A stretch of 64,000 nucleotides of DNA from Marsupella aquatica (lineage: Eukaryota; Plantae; Marchantiophyta), in assembly GCA_973895155.1 (NCBI GenBank), contig OZ316892.1, positions 19,011,457 through 19,075,456 of the forward strand. The letters are read 5' to 3'. The position numbers were made by a program, and so were the translations under genes. This document shows positions 21,283 through 35,489 of the stretch, one piece after another. The notes under the pieces are model-generated. The model was given only the letters and a program-made list of their open reading frames with translations, was not told the DNA's origin and searched no databases. Each line of letters opens with the position of its first letter. Position 1 is the stretch's first letter.

Positions 21283-22689
21283 GCGTACGTAACTCCTGCC
21301 CGAGAAGAGGTTACTGGCTCAACTTTTCAGGACAGTAGATTATGACTATAGCACGCCCCTCCAGAAATGGTGACACACCGGTACCCTCTACTCTTGACAG
21401 GAATTACGTTACAATCAAGAAGGTTTTAAAAGAAAGATTGGGTAACTGCAAAGAAGTAGTAAAAGAATTTTGACAAAGAGTCTCGACCATGGATATTTTC
21501 ATATGCAAGTAAAGAAATTTATGATGCTAGAAATAAATATAAGAAAACAGGAAATCATAGAAGACCTCTAAGTTATCAAACTTTCATTATCTTAGTTTGT
21601 TTTAGTGTCACAGTCCTGACAAAAGTTGCTTATGTTAAGCGAAGTTATTATAGTGGCATCAAGAGATGGTGAAAATAGGATAAAACCTTGTTATATCTAA
21701 ACAATTTTGTTTCTGTTTGACCCAAAAATGAGGAGTGGATACCATCGGATATTTTTCAAGGTTTATTCCTTCTTGCCAAGGTTGCTAAGATGTTTTCTCA
21801 TCTAATTTTTCTACATTTCTTGTTCACTACTAGATCCCCCGAGATTTTAGGGTAATCATCAGATTCTGGCCAATGAGGTCTGGGGCTAGGTGTAGCTATT
21901 GCAACACAATAAATCTAGCGCCAAAAATGGCAAAGATGTTTTAGTGAAGTGGAATTTGGCTCATTCGCTTCACTAAAAAAAGTCTGGATCCATTACCAAC
22001 TGCCAAAATAAATTGCCCTCAACCTTTAAATAATGGAGGAGCCGCATTGCCCTCCATTGGGACCTCTTAAATAATAAAAGGGCACCACTCCTTCCAGCGC
22101 GACGGCAAGGTCGGCCCTACAAAAATAGGAGTACAAGGCCCTACCGAGTTTATAGATTGCACGAATAATGAAATGATTTTACTATCCGACCCCACCTCAG
22201 CCTTTATCTTAGATTCTGGCGGCCACAATGAGCCTGTGAGGGCACACATGAAGGCGCAGCCGTGGATGACGCTACGGACGGTCTCGATGTACAGATACGG
22301 AAGCAGACGCCAGCACTCCACCCTATCCTCTACGCATCGGAGTCCGTTGATTACGGCTATCCGAAGTCATGAGTAGCGCAGAAGAAGACGCGTGGCCGCC
22401 AAGGAGGTGGAACGCTGTCCGCCACGCAACTCGGTCGCGGGAACTGTAGGCTCAAGCCTGGTCGCCTGGACTAGTGGACTGGATAACGCAGACTTGCTGT
22501 CGGCTGACTCCCTGCTCTTGCTCACGGTGGTCCTCTAGCTTTATGTGGATGTCGGGGAAGCAGGGTAAGTATTTTTTTGTTTGAAGAGAAATGACGAAGA
22601 CACTTATTAGTAGACCCCAAAAGTGACATATATTAATTGTCGAGAATCAATTTCAGGGTGAGCCCTCACATATCATACAGGACCCAGAG

Positions 22690-23031
22690 TCCCAGACTGA
22701 AAAGGAGAGAATATTAACAAAGTGGATAAGCAAAGTAAATAATGGGAACTCACATCCACCTGTACCAACAAAACTGATCCCACCCACACACTTAGAATCT
22801 TATATCCTCTATAGTACTATAGGACCAAACAGAAAAGAAGAGTATTAAAGTAGGGTCACAAAGTGGATAACCAGGGGCCTAATAAATAATCAGAACTTTC
22901 TAGAGGGGGCCTAATAAATAATGAGAACTCCCATCCAGTGTACCAACAAAACTCATCCCACCCATTTAGATGGGGAAATGAACCTGGGACCTTTTAGTTC
23001 CAGGCTCATCTCCTGGCCAACTGACCTAGGG
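22690..23031 (-). mobile_element. tRNA-derived SINE-like element, diverged copy
   Basis: The minus-strand head TAGGTCAGTTGGCCAGGAGATGAGCC...GGTCCCAGGTTCATTTCCCC has A-box-like and B-box-like motifs. A duplicated body unit follows (about 22737-22787 and 22916-22964). It is similar to the copy at 55243. Confidence 0.55.
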
Positions 23032-23289
23032 TATGGATTTTAATTTTGATATTAATCTAATCTTGAGGTATTTGATTGATCATTCCAAACACGAAAAGTG
23101 TTACTCCTGATATAGATGTTGGGTAAGATGGTTTAAAGTAAAATAGGAGTTTGGATCACCCAAGATCCCAATAACACCTTCCATCATGGATACACTTGTG
23201 CTTTTTAATGATTTCTACTTTTGCCAGTGTGACGAATGTGATTCTGTGTCAAAGGAGAAGATGCTAGGAAGATTCTTTATCTTGATTTT

Positions 23290-24100
23290 CCTTGAACATT
23301 AGATCTCCCTAAATTTAAGGTGACCGTCAGATGCTGGCTAGTGGGAGAGTGAAAACCTAGCGCATTCTTGTCAAAAGTGGCCAAAACGTTTTGGAGAGGT
23401 GTAATCTAGCAAACTAGAGCCAAAAACAAGAATTAGAGGTGCAGCCTAGCAAACTTTTGCCACTAAGAAAAATGCTGATTTTGACTCTTGCTGTTGCTGG
23501 TGTAGTCCTTAGCGTAACTGGGAATATGGGGAAGTAGGGTAAGTAAGGATTTCTTAAGTTGGCCAATATCACATTTGTGTTAGGAATGTTTTTTTTTATC
23601 AATTTCTGTATTGGTTCCAGACAGTTAGATCTCCCTATCTTATTTAAATCATTACATTTTATTTTTAAAAGGGGAAATATTGTGAAACCCCACAAAAAGG
23701 GAAGAGTCAGCCACAATAGTTGAACCAAGACTCATCACGTGTGAGCTACCACAAAGTCATGCCTCTCGGGCAGATCTCCCTATCTTTAAAGAGATCCATC
23801 AGATTGAGCCTAGTGGACCTAGAGAAATTGGCTTATCTACCTGAAAGTGAGGCAAATGGTCCCATGTTAGGGACAAGATGTTAAAAATATTTAGTTCTGT
23901 GTATTAGTTCCTGCCTGCTAGATCTCAGAGATAAGGAGAACCATCAGATTGTGGTTAGTGGACCCAAGAAACCAGGTTTAAGGGTGTTAAAATATTCCTT
24001 ATGTCAATTTTCTACATTAGTTCCTGACACTTAGATCTCCCTAAATTTAAGCAAAAACCATAAGATTGTGTAGTGGGCCTGGAAAACCTGGTGGATTTTA
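23290..24100. repeat. Degenerate repeat array with recurring AGATCTCCCTA / CCATCAGATT / AAACCTGG motifs
   Basis: The motifs recur at about 23300, 23626, 23772, 23920 and 24032. Related sequence lies at about 21830-21870 and 63755-63850. Confidence 0.55.
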
Positions 24101-24777
24101 GCGCAAAGTTGCAACTGATTTTTGATAGCAAACCTTGGTGATAAGGAATATGAATTGCAAAAAGATCTTGTCCACTGTCCCCATGTACCTGAACTGGTTT
24201 CATGCCTGGACAGTGTTGGGTTGAGATTTGAGACCCTGGTGATGCTTCAAATGGAAGTTCAAACGGATTGGGGTGGGAGGAGAATGTGGACATTGCCTTA
24301 CTAACTGATGGATTTGTACTTGGTCACGTTTCTTTCTACTTGTTTTCAAAACTGTTTTGGGTCTCCTTTGACACTCCTGATTTTTGCAAGGAGTTTGGAA
24401 TTATACCTTGAAGTACACTTACGGCAGCAATTTTGGCTCCGATTTAAACCCTGCCAGCATGTGAGACTTGATCCCTACTGCCTCTGAAGTCCTGAGAGCC
24501 AATCTTCTCTTGGGAGAGAATCTGTGAGAAAAATCTTAAGGAGTTCAACTTATCCGGCTTTATCCAACAACTATGAGCTATATTATCAACTTACTGCCCC
24601 CAAAACTAGCCATAAAAGTTCCTGGGGCTTTACCAAGTCTTTCAGAGATGTTGCAATTTATGCCAAGGATGGGATCCTTAACTTGCCTCATATCCAGTAG
24701 ATTGGATTGCATGAATACTATGCTTTCATTGTCTCCTAATATTTTTGTTTTGAATGCATCTCCACTCACCATTTCTC

Positions 24778-27285
24778 ATTTTTATTTTATTTTAAATTAA
24801 AAAAAATTAATGAAGGGAGGGGCAGGCCCCATCAATTAACACCGGAGGGAAAACCTGCCCGGGCAAAAAGACAGAGCAAACACACAAGGAGAGAAGGATG
24901 CCCTAGCTAAGCCCTCCCCTCCCAACCACCAGCCAAAGCCAGCCGCAGAGATCAGTATATCCGTGCCTCATTTCACTAGAAACCAGCCTATGCTCCATTC
25001 TAGTAGAATTAGTTCTATTCCTATGTCTCCTAAATCTACTGTTGTCCTTCAATTGGTTAGAGAGGTGGCTGTTATCCAATAATCCACCATGTCTACTCTG
25101 AACGAACAGGTTAGTTCCATGTGGGCTCGACGACAGAGTCCCACCCAGCCCCGGGTCAAGCACCAAGAGCAGCCAGCTGATTTCATACTCACTCATCATA
25201 GATACCATTATCAGTGTCCTCGACCATTCCCGTCTGTTCCACGATTGGGAGGATGTCCATCAGCTCATGAAGGGTTCTCATGATCTGCCTACTCTTCTTT
25301 GGTGAACTACTGGAGCTAATCATGTGTCTAAGATGTTGTTCAGTCCTATGCAGGATCTCCCTAATCGGGATTTTCCCTAGAGTCTGGTCAAAATGCATTG
25401 CGTTTGTTCCAGAAAACACTGCACATTTCCTTGATCACAATCAGTGGGCCAGGGTTAGTTTTCTGTTTTCTCATTGCATGTTTGATCATTTCCATGAGCC
25501 CCCCCTGCCCCAAGGTCAATCGACGAGTCTTCGAAGTGCTAAGTTGATGCAGAAGTTGCCATCTATGCTGCACATGTGTGCAGCTGAAGAACAGGTGTTT
25601 TGTGGTCTCAGTTTGGGCCCTGCAGCTTTGACACACACCAAAGCCTACCCCAAATTGGTGAAGAACCTCGGGGGGCCGGGGGGGGGGGGGTTGACTATAA
25701 AAAATCTTAGGAATCACGTGCAATCCAAAATATGTATTTTTCATAGAAGTTAGCAAAATTATTAAAAAGCGTAGGAAGCAAAAGAATGCATTATAAACCC
25801 ATATTTGTAGAATATTCTCTAATATATATCTTTTTAAAAGTAAAATATGTCATTAATATTGAAAATAGAGAATAGTTTTTGAATAACATGAATATTCAAA
25901 AACATGAATATTTATAACATGAATGTTCAAAAACCAACGCCCATTAGGATCTCTGAGATCACATAGGGATCAAATTTTCTGATTAGCCATGAACCTGCGG
26001 AGGGCGACCTTGTTTTCATCCCCCAGATTGGTTGACCTGAAATACAGCAGGAGGGTCTGTTCAATCGAGAGCTGTCCGGGAGCTTGCCCCGTCCAAAGCC
26101 AAACTTCAGGAAGGCAGCCTGAGCATCCCATCCTATAAGAAGTGCTCTCAAGGTGGGTGTACCAATCACTTTTAACGACAAGTTCAAGAGGAGCGCCTCC
26201 GGTGGCGTCCAATTGTGCCGTTCCTTCTTGTCTGGTCCAAAGCTCAGGGATTTCCTGATGACAACGTGCGAAAGCTTCACCCAGTCCACATCCGTATTCA
26301 TGATCAACTTCATCACGTGTCTCATCTTAAGTGCCTGGGCTTGCACATTGAACGGGAGGATGCCCAGACCTATCGCTCTCCTCTCTTGAGTGATTGTTTC
26401 CCAACTGTTTGGGGGTAACTTATTATCCCATTCTTGAAGTGCCCCAAAGAAAATTGCGGCTAATCTGCTCCATCTCTTCAGAACCAGCCTGATTTAACAA
26501 CAACATAAGGTGGTAAGTAGGAATGGCCCTAAACATGTGTCTAAGCAGGATTGCTCTACCTGGTAGAGTCAGACTCATTACACACCCAGTGGTTAAGCTT
26601 CTTCCTCATTTTCCCTACTAGAAACCTAGTTTCTTGGGAGGGCATAATCAAATGCCCTATATAGGGCAGCCCAGGTACTCACTGAGTTCACCAGGTCTAG
26701 TGACGACACATCCTGTCCCCTACATCCACTCAAGGTCACTCGGGTCAGATGAGAATCGGGGTATAATTTTAGATTTGTGCACATTAAGCAAGGCCCCCAA
26801 AATTCGTTCATAGTGGTGTATAACCCGTCTGGCAGCCTGAAATTCCTGCTGACAAGCCACTCAAAAAAGTCATTTATCATCAGCAAACAGTTGGTGGCAT
26901 GCAGCGGATCCATCATCCAAAGGAAGCCTGTGTAGTTCCTGGGTATTGAGTTTTTGCTTAAACATCAGCATGAGAGGTTGGGTGGTCAACTCAAAAAGCA
27001 GAGGGGCCAGAGGGCATCCTTGACAAAGTCCCCTTTTCAGACAGAAAGATCGCGTGAAGAGCCCATTGTTGTGGACCTTGGACTGGGTGTTTTTCACCAG
27101 GCCCCTAACAAGCTTGATCACCTACCTAAAGAAATTCATCTGTTTGAGCACCTCCCAAAGGAAGTTGTGTTCAACCCTGTCGTAAGCTTTGGCAAATTCA
27201 AGCTTTAGGAACGTCAACGGTTTTTTATTGAGTCCTGACAAGTCTTGAGCAAGTTTGAAAGTCAGCAGGTTGTCCGTAATGTCCC
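24778..27285 (-). mobile_element. 5'-truncated, decayed L1-type LINE
   Basis: RT motifs RGLCQGCPLAPLLF and HQLFADD (26870-27121) and a zinc-knuckle CQSC...ETTKHLFFSCTHV (about 25570-25650). A T-rich tail on the plus strand is at about 24778-24794. Confidence 0.88.
25667..25930. mobile_element. Truncated end of a CTCGGGG-family TIR element inserted in the LINE
   Basis: CTCGGGGGGCCGGGGGGGG..GACT...TCACGTGC followed by AT-rich sequence interrupts the LINE coding region. No second TIR was seen. Confidence 0.5.
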
Positions 27286-29089
27286 AGCGAGATAGATAAT
27301 CTCATCAGTTATCAGTCACTTTCATTAGTCTACCTGATATTAGTTGCCACCTCATCTCAGAGAGGCCGCCAAGTTACGGTGCGAGAACAAAAATGAAAAA
27401 AATCTTGATTTGTTTTTCAAAATTTGAGGGAAAAAGTTTTTTTTTTAAATTTTCTATGGGGCACCCGTACCCTTCGGACATCTTGTCAAGGCCAGCCAAG
27501 ATGGGAGAAAAAAATTTGGTCAGATTTAAATTCATGTTCGATAGTCAAAATTGAGATAGATGCATAGATGGTAGTTAGTTTTGAGACAAATGTCAATGCA
27601 GGAGAAATGTAGTCCTACTACACGGTGCTGATTTGTTATTTTGCTTTACTTATTCAAAAGAAAGAATCTAAACATGAAGGGAAACTCTACCCCTCAAAAG
27701 TCCAGACTTTTGTACACAGGGCTGTTCCTCCTACTTTTCACCAAATACTAGCTTGTGATAATGTGATGCAATGAAGCATTTGATGCACGAAGGATACCGT
27801 GCTCTCATTGAAATCGCAATAAAAGCAAGAATATTACAAAAGTCAAGGCAGGTGTAAGGCAAAGAAACATTGCAAACTGGGCGACCATCCGTTTTCTCCC
27901 CTGAATAGTGAATACATCTTTGTTCTGACATTCAAGTGTGGAGGGTGGACTGAGTGTAGAATCATGTCTGCTCCCACATGATTCCTTTCTCAAGCCAGGG
28001 ATGACTTCGATTCCCTCGTGAAGCTCATGTGTGGCTCATCTATCAAGTTACCCGTGACGTTTCCTCTTCTCAAGTGAGAGACCTAGTCGATTCCTCTTGC
28101 TGTCATGGAAGAGGTCAAGAGAAAACTAGAAACCGAGAAGAGACTCGTTCCGAATATTCAAGAGACTACTATTGGGGTTGTGTAAGAAACCTGGCATTTC
28201 CTTGCAAACAATCTTCACCTAGAAATCTGTTTTCTGATTTGCTTAGTAAGCTAGTGCCATCCCAGTTAGCGCAAGGCCTGCATGCAACAATAATTACTTC
28301 TTATTCCAAAATAAAGCTAGGCCTAAACCCTATATCAAAATCACTGTGTAAATTGAAAAGTCAGTGTTTAAATTAAAAAAATGCTTGGAATAGTCTTAAA
28401 TTTTACCTGGAAAAAATCACTGAAGGTTTCACAATTTCAGATTTGTAATAGATTTTAACCACCCACAACGTCACCACATTAAACGTGAAGATGCCGTCAT
28501 GAGTAGACGACGAATGATCAGTCTTAGAAAAGGAAAAGGACACGATCATCATGATGCTCATGATAGACAACTTCCAAAAAATATCTTTATGGTGGACTGA
28601 CAAAGTCTCAATCAGCATCACTACATCTATTCTCCTGTTGGAGTAAAGCTACACTTATTTGACTGTGGTCGTCACGCAGTCCTTCTGGTCTTCACGGATA
28701 CAGTGCTTCTCTAGAGTGGAGGCGTGTAGTACACATATCACGCTAGAGGTATACACAAATGCAGAGCGTGAGTTGTTGAGCATTGCAAAAGAGTAACCAC
28801 AAAAACTCCTCTGATGGTCCTTAACTCACCAAAATTTGGGTTGGGGTTACCAAGGGGCCTCTTGGTATGCTTTTGGTTAGGAATGCGGAGCAACTATGTG
28901 CTGTGTGCTTTTATTGAGACTCAGCTTAAACCGTATGGAAATTTGGATATTAGATACTGTAGGGAATTGCAAATTTGTATGTCACCATGGTAACATCAGT
29001 AAGTTGCAGAATCGATCATTTGGCCACAGGCTCAAATGATAGATTTTGAGAGTCAAACAACTGAGCACATGAGTTGTAGAAGCTGTTGT

Positions 29090-30000
29090 TTTTTTTTGAA
29101 ATTGATCTGTCTAGAATTTACATAATTTACAAATAGGTTTACAATTCCATACCTCCAAGAAACAATCATTCATGGACCCCCCACAAAGTGCCCTTGTCAA
29201 GCCTGATTCCCTCTCCCCGTACACAGCTTAATCTAGCACTAACATGGAAACTTAAATAAACCAATGGCAATGCTTCGCTTCATCGCCCTTGACAACTCCC
29301 TACAAACCCGCACTTATTCCACCAAGGTTGATAGTCAGGGACTCAACTTTGACATAGCAGTGACTTGCACATACATATGAAAACCCAAGGTAAATACTCC
29401 AATTCTAGGTAGCAAGGGACAACTTGATCGTGGTCTTGTCTTATTGCTCAGCACTTGTTGTAAAATTGGTCAGCAAATTGAACATCCCAAACCAGGCCCA
29501 TCTCTCCTTTTAGAGGAACTCTATTGGATGTGCCCTTGCTTTCCCACTTAGTTTCTATATAGTTATCAATGGCTGACTATCATGCCTCCAAGACAAGCTC
29601 ATGGCTTGAAGCGCATAGCTTGTCCTCAAACGTTGGGACCAGCTCAAGTCCCCTAATTTACAAATTGCGATGTAATGGGGCCAGTTCATGACCCCTTAGT
29701 TTGGACTCCCAATACAAACCCACGCTCCTTGCCATACCCACGCATCAGGCCGCGTATTGCACTAGCAGTACTCTTAAGCTGCCCATCCAGATTAGGGGGC
29801 ACTGCTGTATCCCAATAAACATTCTGAGTTCATGGGGAATAGGCTCACTCACAGCTGTCCAAGGAGTCTAAGAATTCCTCACACAAGCTTACGGTTGCAA
29901 AGGTAAATTACTATTTATGTTTGGGGCTTGAGCTCGTTAGAGTAGTACCCATGGCTCCCCAAGATCCATACGTGGAGGGCATCCCCCTCATATGTGCTTC
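29090..30000 (-). mobile_element. Possible LINE 3' fragment
   Basis: Begins at a poly-T run (about 29088-29097) and continues as stop-riddled coding-like sequence on minus. No clean diagnostic motif. Confidence 0.3.
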
Positions 30001-33000
30001 TGGAGATTTTCTACCCACAGATCAATGGTGTTTGAATATACTCAAAACATCGTGCGTGGTATAAGACCCTATTTAGAGTGAGACCTCAAGATTGTAACTC
30101 AAGGCAACAGTTCTTGACTAATTTGAGAGGTGAACTTGCACATGATGCATTTAATTAATCTTTTCATTGCAACTTTTTTGGGCAGTTAGATGAGAGCAAT
30201 TTCCCCAAGTAAAGTTCAAAGAGCACTCCTTCCCGTCTCAAGGTACTCACTTCTTTTCTTCTTACCCATCATGCACAAATAAATATGTGTTGTTTTATTG
30301 GGTTATTGAAATACTTTTAAATTTTTGTGGAAGAACATTAGGGGTGTTGCATCTGGCTTTAGGACGGGTACCATTCGCTACCCAAAACTGCCAGGTGTAG
30401 TTCAAAGCATGCCTCTACACTTGCCACCGCAAAGACATCTGGTCATCATTGAAGGAGCTGATGGCAATCATCAATGGACCTTGGAAGGCTCACTCCGGCT
30501 AGGTTCTAGAGTGCAAGGCTGATGGCCTTGGTGGTTGAAAATGGTATGAGGACAATGAAGTGTTCTCACAAGGAGTATTCCTACTCTCCACTAGCCTAAG
30601 CTCAATAGCCAGTAATTGTTGTTAGGATGCACCCTAGTTGACCTAACCAGGTGCTAGAGCTAAGTACCAACCATCACTCATAACAGGGCCTGGTAGGTTT
30701 CCATTGTGAGTGTTGTAAGTGCATGGAAAATTATTTATGTATCACATATGTACGTGTTGTCATGTCACACACATATGATGCCTTACACCTTGAACCCTCA
30801 AACTCCATGGTTGAACTGGATAGTGCCGCCAAGGTTTGGAATGGGCGGAATCCCCAAATGTGGTAGAGTTCCTTGTGAGTCCTGACTGGTACTCTAGACC
30901 ATCCTTACCACCAGAAGAGTGTATTTGAAAGAATTTTCCCAATAGCGACAGCCCATTCTTGTTTTGTAAGAAGGACTTGCACCTTATGGCACCTTCTTTC
31001 AGGCGAGCAAGTGTTCTGTTTGATAAGGACCAGCTGACTAATAGCAAACTTTCGCCAATAGGGGAAGCCCTAGACCATGAGAAACAGAACATTGGAGCTG
31101 CCAAATAATGCAAGGCCACGTTGGACTTAGGAGCTGGATAGTGGATACACTAGGAATGTTTGGTGGCTAACTTTCCTCAGCCATGAATTAGCCAACACTT
31201 GGCTTCAATGTTGTGGCTGGCCCCTCTGGTGGTCAGAAATGCAGATAGTCTCTTGTTGAAAGTAATTAATCTGAAACACGGCAACGAGGGCAGGAATCCT
31301 GCATCTGTCAGGCACGGAGAGAAGCCGAAACGGGACAAATTTATTAAAAAGAACCCAACAAAGTACATTGGAATAAAATCAAACGAGGTCACGAAGACCA
31401 CACTCAAAATAAACGGATATGCAAACCCCCACAAGATAAATGGGAGCTAACGTCATCGAACCCCATCCATAACAACAATGGCCATGGTTTGACCGGGCGT
31501 GGGGGCTGGTTACCATCTTCCACGTTTTGTTCAAAATTTGTCGAAAATTTTGTTTTAAGAGCAATCTTTTGTTTTTGGTTTTGAGCGCAAGGCTGCAACC
31601 AGGCGGTTTGTGTGGTCAAAATGAAAGCAGAGGTGCAGTGTTCAAAACAGAGGTGCTGTGTTGGAAAACCCGTGCGAGTAAAACTGTCATCTGGACCCCC
31701 ATGATGTTTTTTTTTTGCAAACTGGATCCGCTCTTAAGGAGCAAGATGTTCTTGCAGGAGTTCTTCTAAAGTGAGATTTTGGACAATGAAACCAAACTCG
31801 GTGAATTCTGGATGTTGTTGGGATGGGCCACTAGTTACCGCCCTGTCCAAACTGCAAGAATAGAGGGCAATCAGAAAGTGAAAACATTCATGTGAATGCC
31901 TTTCATTTGGTAAACATCTTGTGCAATTTGCCATTGACCCCCTACCCAAACTGCAGATGTGAGCAAAACACCCAAGAGCAAAGAAAAATGGTAAGTAGTG
32001 AGTCAAACACCCAAGAGGGGAATAAAATCTAAGTGTTAGCTGAAGAAAATGTCCATGTTGTCCTCCAAAAAAGACTATTCTTAGGCATTTATCCCTGCTC
32101 AGACGATAAGCGTGAGAGAAACACTCAGGAAAATTGCTAAGTATTGGTTGAAGAGGATGTCTATGTTGTTTTCCAAAGACAAAACGACCAATCTTGCTCA
32201 TATACCGCAGCCCAAATGGAACAAGTGAGTGTAAACTGTAAGCGCCCAAGAGCCAAAGAATAAGCGGTCTTCCAAAAATAAAACGAATCTTGGCCATTTA
32301 CCACCACTGCACGAGTGAGCAATTTACTACCACCAGAACTGCACGAAGGAGCAGCATCTAGATTCTAGGAGCCAGAAAAAATCATGAAAAGGGAGCATTA
32401 TTGCAAAAAACGTTTAGTGTGGGTCCGTCCATCAACTGAAAGTTGAGTGGAGGGGGTCCATCAAGCATGTATCTCATGTAACACCAATTGGTTGACTCTT
32501 AACATGTCCACAATGTGATAATGGAATGAATGGTGTATAGCCTGTGGCCTTTGGTACATATAGTGGTGTCAGTCCGGTAACTGGCTGATCCGGTCGTCCG
32601 GTCACCAGGTAGAGTCTAACACACAAGTATTTATTGATCAGCGAAATTTTATAGCCCACCTTATGCCAGGAAAATGATTACACCCAACGTGATATTCATT
32701 TGCTTTATTATGTATTAAACTACTATTGATACTTCCGCATAGCATGGAGTACTTTTAGTCTTTTAGAATGATCCTGACTCCCAATAAATTTAATAGCGGT
32801 GCCTGAAAAGGTACCAGCTGTATGTGACAGACAATAGGGTTTTGTGCCATAGCCTTTTCTCAATATGTGGGGTCCACTGGACAAGCTTAATCAATTCAAA
32901 GTATCTCTGGTAGGGCTTCGTTGCGGCCTTTACCTGTTCACTGGTGGGGGAATTATCAGCTGAACTATCAATTTTCCTAGGCAGATTTTTTTTCTTATTA

Positions 33001-35255
33001 AATTACACCCCACTTAAGAAATTAGCCACTTTTTTTGTTGCTTTGAAAGTAGTAAGCAGACCCATCTAAGAGAGGAAAGACTTTTTGCTCCAAAGCGTGC
33101 AGTTCTGTAAAGTAACCAAATGGGGATGATACCCAGGAATCCAACATGGAACCACACGAGGATGGGGCGAGGGTTAAAGTAGGCCCCAAACCAGACCACC
33201 ATGGGGCTGAACAGTAACCACTACTCCCACCATTGCAGTCACACACACATAGACTCCACGCCCTTTAGGTGGGAGGAAAAAATTGTACATGGGACCTCTA
33301 GATTCTAAGCTAATCCCGTGGCTAATTGAACCAAGCCAGTAGCTTAGTTAAAAAAACTTAAAAACTACAGTAACTGGTAACGGCCAAAATTACGGACCCG
33401 TATTTTGTCGTATATTAGCTACTGTAATTCCTCACATAGCATAGACCTCAATAGCCAGGACAAGTATCCTTAAATCTCACCAGATATAACGGTCATAAAT
33501 TAATTAGATGCACACATCAAAGCAAATCATTGTCTCGTAAACAGAGTTCGCTTACATTATCACACGTAATCACATATCAAAATGTGATAATATAAGTGTG
33601 CACTTTTTGATAAGAACATAACTTTATCATGACTCGTACCGATGTCATACACCCTACATATAATATTTTGATGGGAATTATCGCGACCCTATTCAACCCA
33701 TTGGTGAAAACGTGTGCCATGTGAATCTGGCTGAAAGATACACTAGCATTAATTTGGGGGCCACGCAGAACAAACAAGGGGGCTGACGAGGACATCGAAT
33801 CATAGATATTCCGTCGACGTGTTTTCCTTATCCATTCCGGATAAGACACTTTTGGAAAGCTTACAGTTAGGACAGTTACAGTCTGAGATAAAGTACTGGT
33901 ATATATAGCAAAGTAATCAAGACGTGCAGGTTATGCGTGCACCGCAAAGTGAAAGTTATGAGTTCACCGTAAAGCGACTCTTCGAAGCACAGTAATTAAT
34001 GAGGCAGCATTCTGTAGCCAATCCATATAATGATATAAGCATGTTGTACGTTGCCATCTGTAAAGTATTGACGATTTAGATTAGATGATACTATATTAAT
34101 TATAGGATCCCTAGGGAGTGTAATTTTAATTTCTAGAGTTCATGCAAGGTATATGCCTTGTATCATTGACAAACAAAACTGTTTGGATATGAAGGATCAC
34201 AAACAAGACGGATACAGAGTACCTCAAACAAGACGAAAATATGTCAAGGGGACAAGAAGAATAACTTGATAAAAATATGGGACAAGAAGAATAACTCGAT
34301 AAAAATATGTCATAGTGACTCTGAGAATAACTTGACAGAAGTATGTCATGACGACACCAAGAATAACTGCAGCTTTTGTCTTGTCGTAGTGATGATAAGT
34401 TTCTCCAAGAAAAATCTAACTATATAATTGAGATGTGAGTATCTTGATGACATGAGGTCCAGACTATCTATCCACCATGAAGGTGTGCGTAACTAAAATT
34501 AGGGGTGCATGTGAAAAATGGGATTGAGTAAGTGTGAATCTACTATGTGAAGAGTCATGGGATACTAAGTGAACCCAAATAGGTGAATGAGTAAAGCTTG
34601 AATTATCACGTCCACTTATGCTCAAGAAGTAGAGTCAGGCTATTAGTTAGTGAATATTTCATATATCTGAGTATTGTTTGTGAAACTTGGAAACAACATT
34701 GCAATGCTTATTGTGAGAATTAATGTATCTGTTATTTGTTGAGTAAAGAGTACATTCATAATGGCAAGTCCATGATCATTGAACACACAAGTAGTTGACA
34801 CATAGAGATACATGATTCACCCCCGGATTCAGCTCAGCTGAGGTTATGTCCATGCGCGAGAACACATGAGAGCTTCATTGCATTCTAGACTCTTTTGCCA
34901 TACCAAATCTCTGCAATACAAGATCTCCTATCACTCAAGTGGCTACGGAACAATGAGGCTGAGTACTAAGGTTCCTATCCACATAGCTAATCTAATCAAG
35001 TCTGCGATGAAGGTTAGCTCTAACTACAGTTATAGTCAAATCCCTAGACCTAAGAATAAATGCCTCACATGACCCTTGACTCTGGTCTAGGGGAGGGTAA
35101 TAGTGCTAATCTATATGATTCCTCAACGGGAAGTTCTAAACAAAATCTAACTGGTTTCCCTTCTCGAACCAGAGCAAATTAGAACTTAGTTGTAGCGTAA
35201 TACATAGAAATGAGCAAGGAGATATATCAGTAGTTACACAAATATTAAAAAAATT

Positions 35256-35489
35256 CTACTTGTGACATAATTGCAAAATCCAAAACACGTCACGGTGTGT
35301 ATAAAAACTCTCCAAATGAATCATTTTGGTAAGGGCGTCAGCCGGGTTAAGTTTATTGCTAATCTTGACAAGTTCCAAAAAATTATCAAACATAATTTGT
35401 CTGATAAAATGATACCCAACGTCAATATCCTTCACTATGCTATCCATCACCTCCTTCACATGCTTTGACTTCACATTTTCATGTGACAA
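35256..35489 (-). mobile_element. Ty1/Copia RNase H C-terminal fragment
   Basis: KDIDVGYHFIRQ...LELVKISNKLNPADALTK matches the Copia KHID.RYHFIR...NPAD.LTK motif. Confidence 0.8.

Noticed and set aside
22067-22570. CpG-rich island ending in a GTAAGT donor-like site
   Set aside because: No coherent reading frame or downstream exons were found. It may be a TE leader or non-coding exon, but this is unsupported.
31734-32297. 187-aa ORF
   Set aside because: No recognisable motif, composition typical of a non-coding frame, and no supporting splice structure.
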